From Pristiophorus japonicus (lineage: Eukaryota), in assembly GCF_044704955.1 (NCBI RefSeq), contig NC_091985.1, positions 138,632,001 to 138,696,000 of the forward strand: DNA of 64,000 nt, written 5' to 3'. A model generated the notes under the pieces. The model did no database searches. It saw only the letters and a program-made list of their open reading frames with translations, and was not told the DNA's origin. Numbering within the stretch: position 1 is the stretch's first letter; every line of letters begins with the position of its first letter. This document shows, one piece after another, positions 1 through 12,860 of this stretch. The translations under genes were made by a program, and so were the position numbers.

Positions 1-329
1 TATGAGCTGACAGCTTACTTCAAACGTTGAGAGATTAACTATGGTCTATTGGAAACATCTAGCCACTGCAGATTTGACAATAAAAGCAAATGCATCCTTT
101 CTGGGATTTTAAACCTTGGAAATGTTAATCTTAATATTTTTAAGTTACCTGCCATCAATTTAAATTGGGGACTACTGTTAAACAAAGTAATAAGTATTTT
201 AGAACAACAATATAAATCCTCTTTTGCATCCAGTTGCAATGTGGATTTCTATCCGCAGTGGTTACTTGTCGAACTCTACAGAAGCCAAAAAAATAAAACA
301 ATCATAGATATTAATTCAGTATTCACTCT

Positions 330-455
330 TGCAGGGATGTGGAGAAAGAACGGGGGAGTGGGACTAAATAGATTGCTTTTCAAAAGAGCCAACACAGAAG
401 TGATAGCTGGAATGGCCTCCATCTATGCTGTGCTATTCTATGATTCTATGATTCT
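330..455 (+). mobile_element. CR1 LINE 3' end fragment
   Basis: CR1-type 3'UTR ending in (attctatg)n; resembles the CR1 3' end at 16070-16190. Confidence 0.7.
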
Positions 456-922
456 TTTCATTATCCTTTCTTGGTGCCGAATCCTCTTTTTTAACAGTTA
501 AATTCCCTATTTTGGTCATCCAACTCACCCTGTTTATCGGTCTTGGAAAAGAGCCAATGTTTGTAACTAGATTGGAATTCCTCTTTGGTTAGAGAGGGAT
601 GACAGGACTTATAGAATGTGATATGGTCACACACATGTGAAGCTGGCAACATAAATCAGGCACATCGCTGTCCCTAAAGACCTACTAATCATCCTCCTCG
701 AGGGCTCTATTCATAAAGGCTATGTAAATTTACAAATGGGAACACCCACAGATGCGAGTAATTAAGAAGCAGTGTCTTTGTGCAGACAAATCCGTGGAAG
801 TGGCATTTTACAGAACACAAATTTTAACATTAATTTGGAGTCTTGCTAGTGCTAATTAATATGCAGTTGCTACTCATAATGCTTTGTGGCTCCACAAATT
901 GCCAATTAACAGGGATTACAGG

Positions 923-3749
923 TGTTGTGTATGCAATAACTCAATAAACTGAATACTGTAAATTCCGAACAGGTACAAACCTGGCTCTACTTTATTAGGA
1001 TCCAAAGTGATCACATTACGAGATGGCTGGCCTTTTATACCTGGGCCGCACACACGTGCACGCAGCCCAATGACCTCCAACAGTGGCACCACCTGTGGCT
1101 AGTAAACCCAGGCATACATACATAACAATATCCCCCTTTAAGATATTAGTAACGGTCTTTTTACAAATTTAGACGGTCCGGGGCTTTCTGCCTCCAAGTT
1201 GAACGTCTCAGCTCAACTCCAGCCTTGGGCGAGTGTTCTGAGTCTGTTATGACTGGGGACTGGGTAGCCGATCTGATGGGAATGGCAATGACCACGTCAG
1301 GGATTGAAAGTCCAGATTAATTGACCAAGTCAGCGATTGAAAATCCAGATTCATTGATGACAGCGGAGTCCTCTGACGACTGAGGGTAGGTTGGTTGGTC
1401 ACTGATTGTGTCTTCCTCAGACTGTTCCAGCTCAGCTGTGTTGAGTAGACCCAGGAACGAATGCAGCTCTGTCACATTCTGAGGCTTGGATGCATTTTTG
1501 ATGGCCTTGGTTTTCGAGTCCGTAGGCCTGATACCGTCAGCAGCAATTTTCCTCCCCAGGAATTCGACTTCCGGTGCCATGAAGACGCACTTCGAGTATT
1601 TCAGTCTCGATCCCACTTTGTCCAGACAATGTAGAATCTCTTCCAGGTTGTTCAGATGTTCGGCGGAGTGACGACCTGTGACCAGTATGTCAACTTGGAA
1701 CACGACGGTTCTGTTGGCGGACTTCAGTAGATTCTCCATGTTCCTCTGAAATATGGCTGCAGCCGAGCGAATTCCAAAAGGGCACCTGTTGTAGATAAAC
1801 AGTCCTTTATGAGTGTTGATGCATGTAAGTTTCTTCATTGTGTTGACCAGCTCCTGTGTCATGTAGGCCGACATCAGATCCAGTTTTGTGAATGACTTCC
1901 CCCCGGCTAGCGTTGCAAACAGGTCATCAGACTTCGGTGACATGTATTGATCTTGTTTCAAAACTTGGTTGATCGTAACCTTGTAATCTCCACAAATCCT
2001 GACAATGACATCACTTTTCAACACGGGAACAATGGGGCTGGCCCATTCGTTATATTTGACCGGTGATATGATCCCTTCACACTGAAGTCTGTCCAGTTCG
2101 ATTTCGACCTTCTCCCTCATCATGTACGGAACGGCCCGAGCTTTATGATGGACGGGTCTTGCATCCGAGTCCACGTGGATCTGCACCTTGGTTCCCATGA
2201 AATTGCCGATGCCTGGTTCAAACAGCAAGGAGATCTTGCTCAGCACTTGAGCATGCGGAGTATCCTCCTCCGATGACAACACTTTGATATTGTTCCAGTT
2301 CCATTTGATTTTTTCTAACCAGTTCCTGCCGAACAGCATTGGACCATTGCCTGGAACAATCCATAATGGTAAATAGTGAACCGCACCATCATACGACACC
2401 TTGATTACTGCATTGCCAATCACCGTTATGAGTTCTTTTGTGTAGGTGCGCAACTTGGCATTGACTGGACTCAGCTTAGGCCTCACAGCCTTATTATCCC
2501 ACAGCCTGTCGAATGTCCTCTGGCTCATTATTAATTGACTCGCACCCATGTCCAATTCCATCGATACCGGCACACCATTAAGTTTTACATTAATCATTAT
2601 CGGTTTGCTCTTTGTTAGCAATGAATACAGTCCATACACTTCCTCCTCTGGTATTTTGGATTGCATATCCGGATCTGCATTAGACTGGTCGTCATCCTCC
2701 ACGTGGTGTGTCGCAGCACGCTTGCTCAGTTGCGGACACATGCGCTGGAGATGCCCCACTCTCGAACAGCCTTTACAAATATACTGTTTAAACCGACACT
2801 GAAGATGCCGATGATTTCCCCCACAACGCCAACACGGTGATATCGGATTCATTCCTGTTGGTGGACTTTGAGCAGCCACAGGTTTCGCGTACGCAGTCGG
2901 GTAGGCCCTGCCATAGGCAGCTCTGCCAAACGACGGTACTATCTTGTTTACAGTACTTGCCGAGTTCCGATTTTTCAATGATATCTGCTTTAAGCTTTCA
3001 TCCGTCGTCATGCATGATTGGGTAATTGTGATGGCCTTGCTCAAGTCCAGTGTCTTTGCCGCCAGTAGCTTATGCAGGATCACCTCCTGGTTGATGCCGA
3101 TTACAAAGAAGTCCCGCAGCATGTCTGCCAACGCAGTTTCGAACTTACACCGTCCAGCTAGACATCTTAGGTCAGCAACGAATTCCGATACATCCTGGCC
3201 CTCAGAAGGAACGTGCGTATAGAATCGATATCTTGAGATGATGATGCCTTCATCTGGTTTGAGATGGTCACGTACCAGAGCACACAATGTTTCTTAGTCC
3301 TTGTCCATTGGACTTTAAGAGCGAGAGAAGATTCTTTATGAGTCCATAGATTTTCGGACCGCAAACCGTGAGGAGGACCACCCGTAACTGAACTGCGTCT
3401 GCCTCTTTCTCCATTTTGTTGGCCATGAAATACTGGTTCAAGTGGGCTACAAAGTCTGCCCAATCTTCTCCCTCCACGAATCGGTCCAGAATTCCAATTG
3501 TGCTCATTTTTGTATGTGAAGGTTCTTGTTACCTCGTCGCCAAATGTTATGTCTGCAATAACTCACTTGACTGAATACTGTAACTCTGAACAGGTACAAA
3601 CCTGGGTCTACTTTATTAGGGCCCGAAGTGATTACATTACAAGATGGCTGGCCTTTTATACCTGGGCCGCACACACGTGCGCACAGCCCAATGACCTCTG
3701 ACAGTGGCGCCACCTGGTGGCTAGTAAATCCAAACATACATACATGACA
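923..3749 (-). mobile_element. Ty3/Gypsy (Mag-type) LTR retrotransposon, internally deleted (no RNase H or integrase)
   Basis: LTRs 923-1127 and 3545-3749 (TGT...ACA); TSD ACAGG at 918-922 and 3750-3754; PBS TGGCGACGAGG (complementary to the tRNA-Ser(GCU) 3' end) next to the 5' LTR; polypurine tract next to the 3' LTR. Confidence 0.95.
1317..3507 (-). pseudogene. Gypsy gag-protease-RT polyprotein; frameshift near 3280; RT fused in frame to the post-integrase tail
   Basis: ORFs 3268-3507 and 1317-3287: two zinc knuckles (CWRCGGNHRHLQC, CKGCSRVGHLQRMC), protease LDMGAS, RT motifs ICGDYK, CPFG and FQVD (degenerate catalytic motif). Confidence 0.9.
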
Positions 3750-3765
3750 ACAGGGCAACTCCAGT

Positions 3766-4243
3766 TTCCCGGGATGGCGGGACTGACATATCAAGAAAGA
3801 CTGGATCAACTGGGCTTGTATTCACTGGCGTTCTGAAGAATGAGAGGGGATCTCATAGAAACGTTTAAAATTCTGACGGGTTTAGACAGGTTAGATGCAG
3901 GAAGAATGTTCCCAATGTTGGGGAAGTCCAGAACCAGGGGTCACAGTCTAAGGATAAGGGGTAAGCCATTTAGGACCGAGATGAGGAGAAACTCCTTCAC
4001 CCAGAAAGTGGTGAACCTGTGGAATTCTCTACCACAGGAAGTTGTTGAGGCCAATTCACTAAATATACTCAAAAAGGAGTTAGATGTAGTCCTTACTACT
4101 AGGGGAATCAAGGGGTATGGTGAGAAAGCAGGAATGGGGTACTGAAGTTGCATGTTCAGCCATGAACTCATTGAATGGCGGTGCAGGCTCGAAGGGCCGA
4201 ATGGCCCACTCCCGCACCTATTTTCTATGTTTCTATGTTTCTA
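3766..4243 (+). mobile_element. CR1 LINE, 5'-truncated (young family)
   Basis: RT C-terminus RGDLIETFKIL...WNSLP; (ttctatgt)n tail; near-identical to copies at 31525 and 37210. Confidence 0.95.
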
Positions 4244-4563
4244 TTACTCTGAAATGATACAAGTAGCACACAGTCTTGTAATTGTGTTGCCTTGCAATAA
4301 GGTGGTCATTTACTTTGTTCAAGAACATATACCCTCTTTCACTCCTGCCTCCGCTCACCACCGCAAGATGATATTCACATCCGTTGATTGTTTTCTTGGA
4401 TCAAACTAATAGCTAGGCACTTTAGGAGGTACAGGCAAATTTGCATGACCATCTTATCGTTTGTAATGAACACTGCAATATTCTTTGAAGTACTGGCCTC
4501 TCAATGTTATCAAAGGACATGCTAAATGTGTAGGAATACTGCTTCCTGTTTTATGTTCCTGTC

Positions 4564-4690
4564 ATAGGAACGTAAGAACAGGAGTCGGCTAGTCAGCTCC
4601 TCGCGCCTGTTCCACCAATCAATTAGATCATGGCTGATCTGTGCCACAACCCCATTTACCCACCTTTGCCCAATATCCCTTTATTTTCTC
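4564..4690 (-). mobile_element. CR1 3'UTR fragment
   Basis: Reverse complement resembles the CR1 3'UTR seen at 61480-61595. Confidence 0.6.
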
Positions 4691-6422
4691 CCCTCCAAGA
4701 GTAACCCACAGCAATAATGGTTCAAATGTGTTTTATTTCCATTTGGCAGGCGTTTCAAATGTTTGATTCCTTTAAAACATGTTTGCTGTTGTGCTAGAAT
4801 GAGCTGATATGTACGAATCTGAAGTTTTGGTTCCCAATGAAAATGAAGAATGACACCAATTTTAACCCACTCCGTCTGGCAGGTACAGGGCGGAGAGACC
4901 GTTAATGTGGAGCATTGTGCCTTACTGCCTGATTCCCACAGGAATTGCACTGGCCACCATTGTAACTGCGCCTGTTGGATGCTGGGAGGAGTCTCATGAA
5001 TTAATGAAAATTGGTGCCCTATTATGTCAATGGGACCCCAATTCTATTTTAATCTGGGCCTAAGCGAGAAAATAGCTGTGGCTTCCTCGCTAGGTGAAGG
5101 CAGGTCGGCAGCTGTCGGGAAGGATGAAGAGGCCCCCCCAAATCATCGTGAATGCTCCTTGGGGCACTACAAGGAAAGTTATGGCTAACTCTGCCCTGGG
5201 CTTCCCCTTTCCCTCCCATGAGACCATCTCAAAACACCCTTCCATGACTTTGTTACTTGAAGGTGATCTGTCCCTTTGGTTCTGAAGCCGCCTGAACTTC
5301 TTCTCTCACCCAATGGAAGACGCGGGAGTTAATATACCCCAGGCCTCAAACTTTGGCTTCCAAGTGTGTTTTACACTCACCCACCTATTTGAAACCACCC
5401 TCAGGTTCAAAGTGAAAAGTAATGTTGCTTATTTCCTAGATTCCAAACATGACTTGTAGACAGTGGGCCGCACCTTGCTAAAAAAAATATCGTTGTGTTA
5501 ACGACGCATGGCGTTTGTAATGTGCAAATCGGCCAACAAGTTCAAGGTTAAGTTGAACAGGAAACCAAATCCTGCAATCTTAGAATGATAGATCATTGAA
5601 AATGTCAAGAGGGAGAAGTACTGAAATAGCACTGGAAGGTCAGAGAATGGCATGACAGACCATGAGAGTGATTAGAATGTGACACAGTGGAGAAGTTAGT
5701 GATAATTGGAATGACTTCCGTGAGTGATGACAAGTTGACATCAGTAAAGGAAGAAATATAAAATGCATTTTAGCTTACAACGTTTAGGGATACAGGCCAG
5801 TGGTGGTCCTGATGATTTTGGGCGGGGTCGAAGTGAAGAATGCCAGCCAATATATACAGGTGCATACTCACCTCTGGATCTCCAGATCTGATGCATACTT
5901 CCCAATTGACCACAAGAGGCCTAACCCCACTTTTGGCCCCTCACCCCGTGTACATCAATAAACTTGGAAGAAACAGGAAAGCATCCATGCTCAGTTCCCT
6001 ATCTCTCTCTCCTTCAAATTGCATACACTAGAACGCCATAGAAAATCGGCACATGGTCGCTACGGAGCATCGATGCATGGGAAATTACTGGAGATTGGAC
6101 ACAAAAGATCAAAGAAAACATGAAATGAAGAAAAGCCAATCCGCCCATCGAGCTTGCTCTTTCTCAAGGACTATGTACAACTTATTGTGCTTCTATTTGT
6201 TGCCTCTTAATATTCCCACTCTGCTTCGCTGATTGTCCCCCTCCTCACCGTGGTCAACAAGTAATGATTAATTCCAGATTATTGGCAATTGTTTAAATTC
6301 ACAACTACTTTTCCAATGTGGAAGGCAGGTTGCATTCTTATGCAATGAGGTACCCCACCACATTCCACAAAAGATGAAATTCACATCAGTGGTGGTCATG
6401 CCTTACATTTTCCACATGAGCC

Positions 6423-6614
6423 TCAGACATGATAGTGCTGAACCTGCTTCCTCATCACTTTCCGCTTCTTTCCTGTTCTCCTTGGTGAGACTGGTGTGCT
6501 GTACTCAGTAGATGTGAACTCGGAGGAGCCCTCATTATCTGTCTGTGGAGAAGTCTCTGTTTGGCTTAGCAACTGATAACGGTTTGCTGTATGAACACTA
6601 AACGCAGCAGCGTC
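6423..6614 (-). pseudogene. Candidate terminal exon (cytoplasmic tail) of a gp130-family receptor-like gene
   Basis: Acceptor ttattcccacacag, then an open phase-0 frame DAAAFSVHTANRYQLL...STEYSTPV...HYHV*; the other two frames close quickly; YSTPV resembles the gp130 YSTV motif. Confidence 0.5.
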
Positions 6615-6779
6615 CTGTGTGGGAATAAGTGCAGAATGGGTAGCCTTGTGCAAGAATATCTCAAATTCAGCCAATTAATTAATACCACTTACCCCCTTCC
6701 TTAACCTTGCACTGACCCCTCCAGAATTGCCAGCCAGTTGCTGTTGCTGCATGTAAACAGTGCCTCCTTTCTTGTCATA

Positions 6780-7128
6780 TGCCTCTATAACTTTGCTCGT
6801 CTCCACTGTTGCCTCAGCTCAACTGCTGTTGAAGTCCTCATCCATACCTTTGTTACCTCTAGACTTGACTATTCCAATGCACTCCTGCCTGGCCTCCCAC
6901 ATTCTACCTTACATAAACTAGAGGTGATCCAAAACTCGGCTGCCTGTGTCCTAACTTGCACCAAGTCCCGCTCACCCTCACCCCTGTGCTCACTGACCTA
7001 TATTGGCATCTGGTTAAGCAACACCTCGATTTCAAAATTCTCATCCTTATTTTCAAATCCCTCCATGACCGCGCCCCCTCCCTATTTTTGTAATCTCTTT
7101 CAGCCCCACAACCTGCAGAGATGTCTTC
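6780..7128 (+). mobile_element. L2 LINE RT C-terminal fragment
   Basis: LIHTFVTSRLDYSNALL...IQNSAA motif typical of L2. Confidence 0.9.
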
Positions 7129-8132
7129 GTTAAAGCTGTATATACATACAAGTTATTGTTGTAAATAATCCACATTTTGCACAGAGGAACCTCCCTATCT
7201 GATCTTTGGAAGTGCTGGCAGCCATATTGCCTTGAATTGTGGCAATTCAATCTCACAGATATCCTTAATAACAGAAAGAAATAACCAGATGAATTTGAGA
7301 AGTCTTTGGTTCATTAATGGTAGCTCTGAAAACAAAAGTGAAGGATTTGATTGCTCTATTTTCTGCTGGCTACGAATTTCTTAATGTTATTTTTTGCGAC
7401 TTCTTACTTATTTAGATTTACTCATTGAATGTTTAATTAGTGCCGTAGCAGATTATTTAAGCTAATAATGATTTTTTTTTGGCTCTACCGACAAGCCATG
7501 CTTTGAGGTGTGACATTTTTGAGGTATGATATCTGAGGTGATGCCTTTGAACATTGTGACACTACAGACGCGTGGTAGATGCAAGACTTTTAATTGTATA
7601 GGTAGATATTATTAGCAAACTTGAAGTAATTAACATATATTAAAGATAAATTTTATTTAACTGAATTGCCTCATTATCCTAGACATTATAAGGGGAAACA
7701 TCTACAATTATTGTTGTCTCTTTTTTCAATGTGTTTCATGCTTTAAAACTGTTGGTTGAATGGAACTTGAGAACAAAGAGGTAGAGGGTTAATTGCTAGC
7801 GGGTTTCCACCAGGAAACCACTAGTTTCAGTTAGTTTCCTGCCCAGCTACGGCAGTGTGAGGCCATGGCAGATTTAACTGTTGGGTTTATTAATATGCTG
7901 CCAGGCGTTCCTGGAGGAAAGTGGGCAGGAAGCAACTGCCAGCCTCCAGAAAATCCCACCGGCTCCCAGGTAAGTGTGCGGAAATGGGTTCCATGGGGGT
8001 CTTGCGTTGGGGAAGGAGGGGAAGTCCAAGGCAGGGGAGGCCTAAACTTTCCTTGTGTGGCCCAGAAGAACACTCCTGCAGGATGGGGACAACTTTCCGG
8101 CAGTTAGTAATAGGGGGCATTTTAATTGCTTT

Positions 8133-8312
8133 TTGAACCTTTGCAGTTCATATGGTGAAGGTGCTCCCACAGTGCTGTTAGGTAGGATTTTAACCCAGCG
8201 ACGATGAAGAAACGGCGATCTATTTCCAAGTCAGGATGGTGTGTGACTTGGAAGGAAAGTTGGAGGTGGTGGTCTTCCCTTGCACCTGCTGCCCTTATCC
8301 TTCAAGGTGGTT
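8133..8312 (-). mobile_element. CR1/L2-group LINE 3' fragment
   Basis: Reverse complement resembles a LINE ORF2 C-terminus (FFIVAG...PNSTVGAPSP); recognised from memory of shark repeats. Confidence 0.5.
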
Positions 8313-8611
8313 GAGTTAAAGTTGTTCTGATTATTCAGTAGTCTTGCGGACTAGGTTAAGATTAATATTTTGCCAAGAATGATGACAATGAGGTTACCTG
8401 TTTCTAAAATAAATTTGAGTTGGAAGCTCTTCTGATTTCATTTCTAATAACTTTATTGTTGTTATTAATAGTTGCATACAATATTTTAGGATATTGAAAC
8501 TCAACTGGCAAATGGTTTTGCAGTGCATCTGAGGCCTATCTCTTCTCCTCCCAGAGCCACATCTCAATCATTCATTTTACACTCCCTCACTAGTGTTATT
8601 GTTGAACTTTA

Positions 8612-8695
8612 CAAGCAGTTTCTTATCAGCTGGCATGTCCATTCCAAATCGGAAGTAAGGGGGGAAGGGCGAGGGAAGATGAATGTTAGATGCCA
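8612..8695 (-). pseudogene. Candidate Box1 exon remnant
   Basis: FIFPRPSPLTSDLEW resembles the Box1 region IWPNVPDPSKSHIAQW; a pyrimidine tract lies upstream but there is no clean AG. Confidence 0.3.
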
Positions 8696-9463
8696 GGAAG
8701 AGAAGTGACAGGCATGAGAAGAAGTACTATAAATCAAGCAATTGCAGTCTACAGAGTAAAGTAAAACCTGTCTGATACCATGGCAATGAGGCACATTACA
8801 GAGAAGGGCAGCTTCCAGCCAAAATGTCTTCAGGCTTGTCAACAAAATTCGTTATGCTTATCTTAAATTTGATTCTACAGTTTATTGTTAATACAATAAT
8901 GGGCAAAGCAGTCCAATTTCAGTTGACAAAACGGAATAAGATTGTGACACCATATTTATTATTTCAGTAACAACATGCCACCAATACACACTGCGATTGA
9001 CCCATTGCCCTATCGAGACTCACACATGATGACTTACACGATGAAATGTTACAGTTACACAACTTGCCACGAGCACGTGCAGCTCATCACTGACCAAACT
9101 TTTACATTAGAGGAAGTAGCGTTCAGGAAGTAATACTTAGTGATCAGAAGAATTATTTGGAATGGCTTACGTCCTCTCATGCTGTCAATGAACGTATCAC
9201 AATGTCGTCAATTTGAGATAAACCTCCTTTTATGCCGTGGATGTGACTGGCGCTTGTTCATTTCTCTTAAGCTAATTTTAGACTGAAAAAAATTGGAATC
9301 TGCTTTTTTTAGCGCATTATAACTTCCATTATCCATGCTCCAGTAATCTACTTTCCCAAATGTCTGTTAACATTTTCACAGAATGAGGCCTTGTATAAGA
9401 CATCACCTCAGTGCTATTTGTTATTTGTATTGGATTCCTCTTTATCGTTGTGCTTAGGGTACG

Positions 9464-9830
9464 AACATACATAAGAACATAAGAAATAAGAGCAGGAGTA
9501 GGCCATCTGGCCCCTCGAGCCTGCTCCGCCATTCAATAAGAACATGGTTGATCTGATCTTGGCCTCAACTCCACTTCCCTGAACCCTTGACTCCCTTATC
9601 TCTCAAAAATCCGTCTATCTCCACCTTAAGTATATTCAATGACCCAGCCTCCACAGCTCTCTGGGGGAGAGAATTCCAAAGATTCACAACCCTCCAAGAG
9701 AAGAAATTCCCCCTCATTTCCATTTTAATTGGGTGACCCCTTATTCTGAGACTATGCCCCCTAGTTCTAGATTCCTCCACAAGAGGAAACATCCTCTCTG
9801 CACCTACCCTGTCAAGCCCCTCAGAATCTT
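9464..9830 (-). mobile_element. CR1 LINE 3' fragment
   Basis: ORF 9565-9792 (SRTRGHSLRI...WNSLP) plus a (ttcttatg)n tail on the minus strand. Confidence 0.93.
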
Positions 9831-10530
9831 CTACACTCCGTCCCTACCTATCCCGCTGCAGCTGAAACCCTGGTCCATGCCTTTATCACCTCTCAGTCTT
9901 CTAAACTCCAATAAGTATTGGCCCATGAGTATGACTGCATTTTATGACAACTTTTTGCAGCCAATCATTGGCAAAACCAAAGCAAATCTATTATACTCTG
10001 GAAGGAACTCCATGCCCTGGCCCCTCCGATCCAGTCCCCCTCCCTCAATGGCTGCTCAAATTCAACCTGATGATGTACAACCTCACGTTCAACCCTAAGC
10101 TCATCTCCAAATCTCACAACCGGTGCATCACTAAGACTGTCTACATTCACCTCCAAACTATCACCCATCTCCACCCCTATCCCACTGCAGCTGAAACCCT
10201 GACCAATGCCTTTATCAACTCCAAGCTTGACTTTTCTGATAGCCTCCTCACTGGCCTTCCAAGCTCCATCGTCCATAGACATCCAACTCATCCATAACTC
10301 AGCTGCCTACATCCTATCATCCATACCACTCACCTGTCACCCATCCTTGTCGACCTCCAATGGTTCCCAATCATTCATCCTGCATCAACTTCAAAATCTT
10401 CTTCTTTGTCTTCCAATTCTTCATGTCCTCAGCCCAGCCTACCGCTCTAACCTCTCTCCCGCCTTATATCCCTCCCTGCACCAAGCATTTTCCAAGTCCC
10501 TTTTCACCGCACTACCATCAATGGCGGAGC
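9831..10530 (+). mobile_element. Degraded L2 LINE fragments
   Basis: AAETLTNAFINSKLDFSDSLL motif; two partly duplicated pieces. Confidence 0.75.
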
Positions 10531-11002
10531 CTAGCCCCCAGGCTTCACAAGGAACCCTTCGGCCTCCCCCAGCCTGGATCGTGGCATCAATGTCTGCTCT
10601 CCACCACCCCCTTCCGATCGCAGTCTCCATAGAGTACTCGCTGCCGGGGACCACCCCCATGGGACCCCGGTTGCGGCCCCCTGCCGCTTGTCTGTGCTCC
10701 CACCCGCTGGCCAGTCTGTCACTTGGGCCGACAGTCGGGCGCGAGACTGCATCAGATTATTGAAATGAGGCCGTTAATATCGACAGGGCCTCCATGTTCC
10801 CAGCCCTGCCACCGCGCACCCTCCCCAACTCCCCGTTAATATTGGGGCCTGAGTTTCTCACGTCTCCCTTCATAAAAGTAACTTCTAACCCCTGCCAATC
10901 TTCTAGAGAATCTACATTTGCATTTTTTTCATTGCTTTTAGACTTTCATGCCAAGTATTCTAAGTTTAAGTTTTCAATATGTTGCAGAGTATAAGTTATA
11001 TA

Positions 11003-11240
11003 CATTTTTTAAAAGATTATATCAGCAGGGCAGTTGCAATCAGTGTTGTGCAAATTTTGCTGGGTGTGGGAGTTCCTGGATTGTTTGAACATCCAGGGCA
11101 AACATATTTGCAGGATGAGTCTCCAGCTGCATTCACACATTCAACAATGTCTATTTGCTGTTATTCAATGCCTTTGGGACTCATGTTTAGCTGCCCTTCC
11201 CCAACTTGTTGTTCTTGGAACAAGTATATTTATTGAAAAC
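11003..11240 (-). pseudogene. Candidate membrane-proximal FN3 C-half plus TM remnant
   Basis: Translates E*QQIDIVECVNAAGDSS (FN3 F-strand N-x-A-G pattern), then ICTTLIATALLI*SFKK before a GT. Confidence 0.35.
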
Positions 11241-11344
11241 CTATTTGCCAAGGCGGTACCCTCAGGAACCCCGCCATCTCTTCCTACTCCTCTTCCCACC
11301 TCAATAAATGGTCACACATTTCCAATCCTTATCCTCTGTTAAGA

Positions 11345-11790
11345 TGTCAGCCATGTTCACTCTCGCCTCTGAGTCAGAAGGTCATGAGTTCAAGTCCCAC
11401 TCCAGAGACTTGAGCGCAAAATCTCAGCTGACACTCCAGTGCAGTGCTGAGGGAGTGCTGCACTGTCGGAGGTGCCATCTTTTGGATGAGACGTTAAACC
11501 GAGACCTTGTCTGCCCTCTCAGGTGGACATGAAAGATCCCTTGGCACTATTTTGAAAAAGAGCAGAGGAGTTCTCCCCAGTGTCCTGGCCAATATTTATC
11601 GCTCAACCAATATTGCTAAAACAGATTATCTGGTTGTTAGCTCATTGCTGTTTGTGGGAACTTGCTGTGCACAAATATCCTTAAATTTAAATGGTGACTA
11701 CACTGTACTTTATTGGCTGTGATGTGCTTTGGGCTGTCCTGAGGTTACAAACGGTGCTGTATAAATCCAAATTCTTGCCTTCTTTCTTCT
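11345..11790 (+). mobile_element. tRNA-derived Deu-domain SINE (SacSINE1-like)
   Basis: tRNA-like head with B box gagttcaagtccc; Deu core ggatgagacgttaaaccgag...aaagatccc; L2-like tail. Confidence 0.85.
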
Positions 11791-12279
11791 TAATAGCATT
11801 CACACATTTATTGACCATATGAAAGGAAGTTGAGCAAAACAAGCCCAGGTACATCCATTGCTGTATAATTTGCTAACTAAAGAAAGAATGAACTTGCATT
11901 GATCACACCCTTCACATCCAATTAATTACTTTTGAAGTATAATTGTTGTTGTTCTGTTGATAAAAAATAAAGAAAAACAACAGTTAACTCTGATTGAGAC
12001 CAGCAAACATCAATAAACTGCTTGCTTTATAATATTTTATGTAGCCTATAAAGTTTGAATTTCACAATCTAACATGTGCTATTAATTGGTTACTTGAACA
12101 CATTTACTCTCTTCACCTCGCTCTAATAATATGGTGAAGTTAATCAGGTGGCACTGTTGTCTCCAAAGGGTACAGGAATCTTTGAAAGACACGAGCCCTA
12201 TTTTCCACTGGGATACCGCACAATTTCAAGCAAATTTGAGGATGGTGGTGCCAGGAAATCTGCCAGAGGGATGGTCAAG

Positions 12280-12860
12280 GTGTTTAAAATGATAAAGTGC
12301 TTCGAGTAGACACAGGAAAATCCAGAACAAGGAGGCATAATCTTAAAATTAGAACCAGACCATTCAGGAGTGAAATCAGGGAGAACTTTTTCACACAAAG
12401 GGCAGTGGAAATCTGGAATTCTCTCTCCAAAAGGCTGTGGATGCTGGGTCAATTGAAATTTATAAGATTGATGTCATGTATCTTACATTATTATATATAA
12501 CTGTATCCTAACATGCTATACATGACTGTAATAAGATATGACCTGTAACCACCAGCATACCTTACCACCAGGGGTGCACTTGCAAGAGACAGGTATATAA
12601 GAACAGGTCTCAGGCAAGTGCAGCATTCCAGAGCTGTGAAATAAAGGTGCAGGTCCAGAGCGACCTTGACTTCACTACATGCCTCGTGTGAATCTGTACT
12701 GAGGGGACAGGACTTTACAATTGAGATCACTAAATTTTTGTTCATTAAGGGTATCAAAGAATATGGAGAAAAGGTGGGTAAAAGGAGTCGAAGCTGAGCC
12801 ATGATCTAATTGAATGGTGGAACAGGCTCAAGGAGCTGAATGGCCTGCTCCTGTATTCCG
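12280..12860 (+). mobile_element. CR1 3' fragment interrupted by a solo LTR
   Basis: KSRTRRHNLKIR...WNSL; the CR1 sequence resumes after 12724. Confidence 0.85.
12472..12719 (+). mobile_element. Solo LTR
   Basis: TGT...ACA ends; TSD ATTGA at 12467-12471 and 12720-12724; internal TATATAA and AATAAA. Confidence 0.92.

Noticed and set aside
49-501. 150-aa ORF
   Set aside because: Non-ATG start, no recognisable domain, and it runs into a CR1 3'UTR.
4800-8125. GC-richer blocks that may be MITEs (also 10580-10850, 19250-19540, 42990-43830, 45150-45285)
   Set aside because: Probably non-autonomous DNA transposons, but I could not establish matching TIRs and TSDs.
11350-11410. tRNA gene (also 25700-25775)
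   Set aside because: These are SINE heads with A/B-box-like motifs; I could not fold a full cloverleaf.
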